Part shown: positions 57,962 through 64,000 of the stretch, one piece after another
Layout of the letters: each line of letters opens with the position of its first letter
Numbering within the stretch: the stretch's first letter is position 1
Source of the DNA: Chloroflexota bacterium
GTDB lineage: Bacteria > Chloroflexota > UBA11872 > VXOZ01
Length of the DNA: 64,000 nt
Assembly (NCBI GenBank): GCA_964291655.2
Contig: OZ219802.1
Location: 832,001 to 896,000, forward strand
Direction of reading: 5' to 3'
Translations under genes and position numbers: made by a program
Notes under the pieces: model-generated
The model's database searches: none
What the model was told of the DNA's origin: nothing
What the model saw: the letters and a program-made list of their open reading frames with translations, nothing else

Positions 57962-60352
57962 GTGACAACCTTAGGGTACATACTGCTTTGGTGGCTTGCG
58001 GTGCAAGTCATCTGCCTGGTGACATTTCCTCTTACCTGGCTGCTCTTCCGACACATGCCAATTGGCGGATACCCGTTCGCAAAGACCCTTGGCATTCTTC
58101 TCTTCGGCTTCGTCGGTTGGCTTCTGATGTCGCTGCGAATCTTGCCGAATACACTGTGGGCGCTCATCGTCGTCCTCGTCCTCCTCAGCGCACTTTCGGC
58201 GGTCATTGTGCGCCGCTCCCATTGGCGCTGGCAAGACGTACGTGAGGCCGTTGGGCATCAGTTGTATGTCGTAGAAGTCCTGTTCTTCGTACTCCTGTGT
58301 GGATACGCGGTACTGCGTCAATATGCCCCCGAACTTATGGGCACCGAGAAGTTCATGGACTTCATGATGGTGAATAGCATCCTCCAATCGTCCTCTTTCC
58401 CTCCCCACGATGCCTGGGCCGCGGGACTTACCATCAACTACTACTACTTCGGCTACCTCATGGTGGCGTTTCTCACCCGACTCACACTTATTCCCTCAGC
58501 GATCACCTACAATTTAGCGCTGGCGCTCTTCTTTGCCCTGAGTGGACTGGGTGCCTACGGCATAGGCTACAGCCTGGTTAAGTTTTTCCAAGCTGCAGGT
58601 GGGATCGTCGAGCCGCGCAAAGGAACGCTCACCGGTCTCTTTGCCGTATTCCTGCTCCTCTTCATCGGAAATCTCTTCACTATCTGGAAAGCCTTGACCG
58701 AGCCGGAAATACTCCGTCAAGGGTTTTGGTTCGGCATAGGCTGGAATGCCACCCGTGTGGTCCAACGCGTGGAAGGCGATACGCTGCTTGACTACACGAT
58801 CAATGAATTCCCGGCATTCAGCTTCATCTTGGGCGACATGCATCCGCACGTCATGGCGCTGCCCTTCGCCCTGCTCGCCGTCTTCACGGCGCTCACGTGG
58901 TATGCAAGACCTGACTACCCGCCTGTGCCCCTGTCATTCCCTCCAGATTGGAAATCCATCTTGGCGGTGCTTACCGTCGCGAGAGTCAGCCGTGTCGTGC
59001 TCAGTGCAATCATCTTCGGCGGTCTATACTTCCTGAATTCGTGGGACTTTCCCACCTACTTTGTACTGCTAACAGCGTTCGTACTTCTTTCGCTTCGCGC
59101 TAGAGGCGAATGGACGCAGTGGAGAAACGCGCTCATTTGGATAGGCGCCACCGGTGTTTTGGCCGTGGTACTCTATGCACCGTTCTACCTCACCTTTGAT
59201 CCTCCTGCGCAGGGGATCGGCCTGGTGCCCTACCGGTCAGACGTCGGCCAGTTCTTCACCTTGTTTGGCATCTTCCTGGTGCCCATAGGCGTACTCCTGA
59301 CGATAACTGGCATTCAGACCACTCTGCGGCGCATCCTGCCGGAATCCTCAGCACGTAAGTCCCAACCGCGAGGGCGGAAGGCACGACAGCAGCGCCGCCG
59401 CGCAGGCAGTGGCTCGCAGCAACCCCCCACCCCCGCACCGGAATCCAAGGCACGCAGGGAGTTTTATCTACCTTACGCGTTATGGATCCTTGGTTGGGTA
59501 GCCGTTACGTTGCTGATCGCGCGGCTCTTCGATACGGCCGCTTTGGCAATCATTGCCCTGAGCCTCGTGGCAGGGATCGGCATTCTACTCTGGTGGCGTG
59601 ACTACAGTGAACCGTTGCCCCTGGTGCTGGGTATGATCGGACTAGCCGCACTCCTCGTCCTGACGAGCGAGATACTTTATGTAAAGGATTTCTACGGCCC
59701 GCCGAATATGCGCATGAACACCGTCTTCAAGCTCTACTTTCAAGTCTGGACTCTTCTCGCGCCGGTAATGGCTTTCGCGATCTACTATGCGAGAATCTGG
59801 CTGCGGGAGAGGCAACGTCCGTTGAGTTGGGCATTTCGCGCCGTCACGATATTGCTCGTGCTCAGCGGTTTCTATTACAGCGCCCTTACTGCACCTATCT
59901 TTGCGTCATTTCAACGCGAGCCGCCGACTTTGGACGGCACCAAGTTCTACGCCCGCGATCATGCCGACGAAGTGGCGGCAATAGCGTGGTTGCAGGAGAA
60001 TGCCGCGTCAGATAGCGTGGTAGTAGAAGCTTCCGGTCAGGAATATAGTCTGTACAGCCGGGTAGCGGCGTTTACGGGATTGCAGACGGTGCTCGGGTGG
60101 CGGCAGCACGAGAACCTGTGGCGCAATGACTTCAAGCTTGTTCTCGAACGTGAGAACGATCTTCAGTTGTTCTACGTGATCGCGCCCAGAGATGGTGCGG
60201 AGGCGTTCTTGCGCAAATATGACGCTGACTATATCTTCGTAGGTGACTGGGAGCGGCAATTGTACGGCCAGGACGTGGATCACCTTCTCAACTGGTTCCC
60301 CGTCGTGTTTCAGAGCGGCGACGTGTATGTGCTGAAAGCCAATGTCAACTAA
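57962..60352 (+). CDS. DUF2298 / Chlor_Arch_YYY membrane protein
   Basis: GTEKFMDF, PPHDAW, INYYYFG, INEFPAFSF.LGD.HPH, NSWDFPTY, RMNTVFKLY, TGL.TVLGW..HE..WR. Confidence 0.9.
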   Translation: MTTLGYILLWWLAVQVICLVTFPLTWLLFRHMPIGGYPFAKTLGILLFGFVGWLLMSLRILPNTLWALIVVLVLLSALSAVIVRRSHWRWQDVREAVGHQLYVVEVLFFVLLCGYAVLRQYAPELMGTEKFMDFMMVNSILQSSSFPPHDAWAAGLTINYYYFGYLMVAFLTRLTLIPSAITYNLALALFFALSGLGAYGIGYSLVKFFQAAGGIVEPRKGTLTGLFAVFLLLFIGNLFTIWKALTEPEILRQGFWFGIGWNATRVVQRVEGDTLLDYTINEFPAFSFILGDMHPHVMALPFALLAVFTALTWYARPDYPPVPLSFPPDWKSILAVLTVARVSRVVLSAIIFGGLYFLNSWDFPTYFVLLTAFVLLSLRARGEWTQWRNALIWIGATGVLAVVLYAPFYLTFDPPAQGIGLVPYRSDVGQFFTLFGIFLVPIGVLLTITGIQTTLRRILPESSARKSQPRGRKARQQRRRAGSGSQQPPTPAPESKARREFYLPYALWILGWVAVTLLIARLFDTAALAIIALSLVAGIGILLWWRDYSEPLPLVLGMIGLAALLVLTSEILYVKDFYGPPNMRMNTVFKLYFQVWTLLAPVMAFAIYYARIWLRERQRPLSWAFRAVTILLVLSGFYYSALTAPIFASFQREPPTLDGTKFYARDHADEVAAIAWLQENAASDSVVVEASGQEYSLYSRVAAFTGLQTVLGWRQHENLWRNDFKLVLERENDLQLFYVIAPRDGAEAFLRKYDADYIFVGDWERQLYGQDVDHLLNWFPVVFQSGDVYVLKANVN

Positions 60353-62102
60353 GAAAGCAGCCCCAACCGGGGCGCAAGCGAATCCGAGCAAGTCTCGATC
60401 ACGCAAATCACCCTCGCCTCCGGAAGACCCGGTTACTGCTGACTGGCCGGCCATCGCGACGTGGCTGCGCGCCGAAACCCCATTCGGACTCTGCCGCTGG
60501 CAATTGCTCGTTTTTCTCGCGGTGCTGGTGTTTGTCGTCTTCACTCGCTTTTGGGATCTGGGCACGCGCGCCTTGCACCATGACGAGAGCATGCATGCCC
60601 GCTTTGCGTGGGACATCTACCGCTCATTCGATTACCGCTACAATCCGGTGTTGCACGGGCCGTTCCAGTTTTACTTCACCGCCTTCATGTTCTTCCTCTT
60701 TGGCGTTAGCGACGCCGTAGCGCGCTTTGGACCGGCACTCTTTGGCGTGATCTCCGTGCTGCTGGTCTTCCCCCTTAAGCCTTATCTGGGACGGGGCGGC
60801 ATGGTGCTCGCCGCGGTACTCCTGGCAATTTCGCCACCGTTGCTCTACTTTTCACGATTTGCGCGCAATGACATCTACGTGGTGGCATGGACGATGCTCA
60901 TCCTGCTGGCGCTCTTTGGGTGGCTGCATACCAGAAACCGAGGGTACATCTATCTAGGAGCCAGCGCGGTGGCGCTCTCATTGGCCACCAAGGAAAACAC
61001 CTACATTACGGTGGCGATCTTTGTAGCCTTCATCGTGGTCCGCTTCTTGCAAGAGCAGTTTACGCCCGGTCTTGCCGGACGCCTGCCCAGCCATGAATCA
61101 GTGAAGAGCGCGCTCGCCGATCTGTGGAGCGATTGGCGGCTGCTTATTGCCGGAATTGTGACGTTTCTCTTGGTGTTCGTTACCTTCTTTACCGCGTTTT
61201 ATACGCATCCCCAGGACTTCGCAAGCGGCGTAATCAAGGCGCTTGAGTACTGGCTGGCCCAACAAGACGTGAGCCGGGGCAACCAACCTATTTGGTACTA
61301 CTTCATGCAGGTGCCCCTCTATGAACTCATCGTGGCGATATTTGCGCTGCCGGCGCTCTGGTTTCTCGCGCGCCGAGGGAGCCTGACGGATCGCTTCCTT
61401 TGCTTCTGGTTCGTGGGAGCAGTCGTGCTCTATTCCCTTGCCGGCGAGCGCATGCCCTGGCTCGTGCTGCACCTTTCGCTGCCAGGTATCTTGTTGGTCT
61501 CACGATTCCTGGGACAGAAGTTCGCCGAGCCCAATGGCATACGCCGGCATCGCGTTGCACTCACTCTCTTTCTCCTTATTGGCGTCTACGCCTTGCATAC
61601 CGGCCTGCCACTGGCATTTGCGCATGGCGATACGCCGCGCGACTTGCTGGTGTACGTGCAGACGACCCCAGACGTACCATTCGTGGCAGCGCAGATTGAG
61701 CAGATGTCTCGCAAGCTCACAACCAACACTGAAATCGTCGGCCTTGTAGACAATGAAGATTCCTGGCCGTTTGCGTGGTATCTCCGCGACTATAAGAACG
61801 TAGGCTACATATCCAAGATCGGCGATCCGGGCGAGGCGGCATTCGTGATCGTGACTGCCAGCGAGGTCGATAACGCGCGCGAGCACCTCAGCAATTACGT
61901 ACCGTTCCGCTATAAATTGCGCTGGTGGTTTCCTGAAGACCTCTACCGCGAGCTACGCCCGACGTTCATATTGGACTTCATCACCAATGACACGACCCGC
62001 AGCAACTTCACGGCGTGGCTGGTAAGCCGCAAAATGCCCAAACCCATCGGCTCGCAGGACTTCTACTTCTTCGTACGGGGCGATCTGGTACAACTCCTCT
62101 AG
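60342..62102 (+). CDS. TIGR03663 family (Agl23-like) GT-C membrane protein
   Basis: RALHHDESMHA, YNPVLHGP, YFSRFARND, TKEN, LLVYVQT, WPFAWYLR. Confidence 0.88.
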   Translation: MSTKKAAPTGAQANPSKSRSRKSPSPPEDPVTADWPAIATWLRAETPFGLCRWQLLVFLAVLVFVVFTRFWDLGTRALHHDESMHARFAWDIYRSFDYRYNPVLHGPFQFYFTAFMFFLFGVSDAVARFGPALFGVISVLLVFPLKPYLGRGGMVLAAVLLAISPPLLYFSRFARNDIYVVAWTMLILLALFGWLHTRNRGYIYLGASAVALSLATKENTYITVAIFVAFIVVRFLQEQFTPGLAGRLPSHESVKSALADLWSDWRLLIAGIVTFLLVFVTFFTAFYTHPQDFASGVIKALEYWLAQQDVSRGNQPIWYYFMQVPLYELIVAIFALPALWFLARRGSLTDRFLCFWFVGAVVLYSLAGERMPWLVLHLSLPGILLVSRFLGQKFAEPNGIRRHRVALTLFLLIGVYALHTGLPLAFAHGDTPRDLLVYVQTTPDVPFVAAQIEQMSRKLTTNTEIVGLVDNEDSWPFAWYLRDYKNVGYISKIGDPGEAAFVIVTASEVDNAREHLSNYVPFRYKLRWWFPEDLYRELRPTFILDFITNDTTRSNFTAWLVSRKMPKPIGSQDFYFFVRGDLVQLL

Positions 62103-62315
62103 ACTTCACAGGAAGGCTTTCCGTCATCCTGGTGCATGAGAATGACCTGGATTACGAGTGTTCCCCCTCACCCCGTATCGTGAACGGGGAAAAGCCTCAC
62201 CCTCTTCCACCGGAAACTCCCGTATCTCAGGGGCACGGGTCAAGCTCCTCGGCAAGCTCAGAGCAGGCTTTGCGTAACATCGGCCGGAGGCGAAAGGATT
62301 ACTCTCTCTCCCTGG

Positions 62316-62455
62316 GAGACCGTCTCAGAATTACATCGCTCCGTGTAGACTTGCCCTTCGACAGGCTCAGGGCGAACGTAACAGGCAATAATCCGTTCGT
62401 GCTGAGCTTGTCGAAACACGGTTAGGCTTATCGAATCGACTTATGAGAAAGCTTC
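62316..62455. mobile_element. 140-bp MITE inserted in a REP hairpin with 4-bp CTGG duplication
   Basis: CTGG on both sides (62312-15, 62456-59); degenerate IRs GAGACCGTCTCAGAATT / ACTTATGAGAAAGCTTC; removal restores CTCTCTCC-CTGG-GGAGAGAG. Confidence 0.6.
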
Positions 62456-62784
62456 CTGGGGAGAGAGTATTCTTGCCAATTCAGTTTCCCTTCCCTGAGG
62501 AGACCTGTGCGTTAACTGCGCGAAACCGGTGAGAATGGGCTGGATTGCCGAGAACTCACCCTCACCCTTGCTTACTCCCGGCGTAAAGGGGAACTCTTTC
62601 TCAGCTTTGAGGACGTTGCGCCGGTCTCCAGAGGGCCGGATTGGGGGGATCCGCGTACATGCGGCTGTGGGAAGCCCTTCAGAATGCCCCTAACTCTATC
62701 GCGCCAGCGTCAGAGGTTGTTCCTTCACAGGAAAGACACCCAGGCGGCAATTTATGGAATGGGATACCGGCATGTAGCAGCTTG

Positions 62785-63363
62785 TTAGGACTGGTTCGGG
62801 AGTTTCGGCTCGCCAGATTCACCCGCATTGAATTGCATTCGCAGGGAAAGCACTGCCGAGCTGGCGAATACAGACGCGCCCAACACCGCGCCGACGACCG
62901 GCGCGAGAATTGCAAGCAGTCCCGTGATCAATGCCGCGCTGTCCAACGAAAGGCTGGCGAGAAAATACCCCATCCCCGCCATTTTGTCGGCAAGCTGGCG
63001 GCGTAAGCGGACGCGGAAAAAGTGACTGGCGTGAGCAACTACAATTGCCACCACCACCCAAAGCAACACGCTAGTGTCCGTCGAGCCGATGAGGCTAAGC
63101 ACGATCATGGCTGCGCTGAGGGGTCGGGCGACCAAGCCGGTCAGTGCTTCCGTACGCCTCCAGCGCGGATGCTTGTCGGCAAACACCTGTACCCCGGCAA
63201 GTACAAACAGGACGCCAATAGTGGCAGTGTGGGACAGGAATGCGAAGGGAGCATGCAGCAGAATGTCTACGTTGTCGGACCGAGCCAACACCGCCAGAAG
63301 AAACAGGGCCGCATACGGGTTCTGGCCGGCAGCAAACGTAAGTCCGATTGCGGTCCATGGCAT
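62785..63363 (-). CDS. DUF4126 domain membrane protein
   Basis: AAGQNPY, FADKHP and ARPLSAA match the G.N.Y / ADK.P / RP.AGA pattern. Confidence 0.75.
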   Translation of the reverse strand: MPWTAIGLTFAAGQNPYAALFLLAVLARSDNVDILLHAPFAFLSHTATIGVLFVLAGVQVFADKHPRWRRTEALTGLVARPLSAAMIVLSLIGSTDTSVLLWVVVAIVVAHASHFFRVRLRRQLADKMAGMGYFLASLSLDSAALITGLLAILAPVVGAVLGASVFASSAVLSLRMQFNAGESGEPKLPNQS

Positions 63364-63367
63364 GCTT

Positions 63368-64000
63368 CTACGACTCCTCGGTAGCGCGAAACATTGACTC
63401 TGTGACCTCCAACGCCTTGTGCACGTTTGAAGCTAATTCGGCGAGTGATCCCGTATTCTCAATGCTCATGGCCGGGCATGACGCGCCGCGCTTCCGTCTC
63501 AGGTGAGCGATCTTTTCCTCAGACGTAGACTGAACGTCTAAACGACGTTGCGCTTCGCCGCGAGGCATCCCTTTGGCCCGGAGACGCGCTCGTTGCAATT
63601 CAGGCGTGGCCTCGACAATCCACACTGCGTCCAACATCTTAACCAAATCGCTTTCTATCAGCTTGATGGCCTCAATGGCGCAAGCCGTTTGTGGCGACTT
63701 CCCATCCAATTCCTTTTGCACTTCGGCCACGACCGCCGGGTGAACGAGCGACTCAAGCGTACCTCGCGCCGCAGCGTCCTCGAATACTACTCTCGCCAGG
63801 GCCGTGCGATCAAGCGTACCATCTTGCGCAAGGACGCTCCCACCAAACTCATCGGCGACGGCCTCCACAAGGGCACTGTGCGGGTCGGCGTAAAGCGCAT
63901 GCACGATGTGGTCGGCGTCGATCACGTGCACACCCCGCTCGGCAAGGATCTTCGTGACTGTGCTTTTGCCGGTACCGATGTTGCCCGTAATGCCGATCAC
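63368..64000 (-). CDS. coaE: Dephospho-CoA kinase (5' end probably just outside the window)
   Basis: IGITGNIGTGKS, IDAD, LDR..LA..VF, HPAV, EAIKLIE. Confidence 0.93.
   Translation of the reverse strand: MIGITGNIGTGKSTVTKILAERGVHVIDADHIVHALYADPHSALVEAVADEFGGSVLAQDGTLDRTALARVVFEDAAARGTLESLVHPAVVAEVQKELDGKSPQTACAIEAIKLIESDLVKMLDAVWIVEATPELQRARLRAKGMPRGEAQRRLDVQSTSEEKIAHLRRKRGASCPAMSIENTGSLAELASNVHKALEVTESMFRATEES

Overview
High-GC bacterial chromosomal window, most likely Chloroflexota (inferred from the DUF2298/Chlor_Arch_YYY + TIGR03663 pair and the YtxH cluster). It holds about 50 CDS: an ABC-2 exporter, an intact IS481 element, four tandem RimJ/RimL GNAT paralogs and many catabolic enzymes (Gfo/Idh/MocA, HOGA-like aldolase, hydantoinase/oxoprolinase A+B, maleate-isomerase family, enolase family, M24, three DUF3604 PHP-like proteins, creatininase, aminotransferases). 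It also has glyA, sthA, coaE, a DUF58-transglutaminase pair and GT-C-type membrane proteins. Intergenic regions are crowded with at least five families of REP-like palindromes and IS5-/IS630-like MITEs nested inside one another. I found no rRNA, canonical tRNA or CRISPR array. Top finding: a subtilisin-family (S8) protein whose nucleophile motif reads GGCMASA instead of GTSMASP. It naturally carries the equivalents of both S221C and P225A, the two mutations that define the engineered peptide ligase subtiligase. Other highlights: a secreted protein with a periodic TxTxTxT acidic repeat, IS/MITE insertion into the loop of one REP family, a promoter-driven tRNA-sized hairpin ending in CCA, and several enzymes with altered catalytic residues. 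All family assignments are from motif recognition only; no database searches were run.
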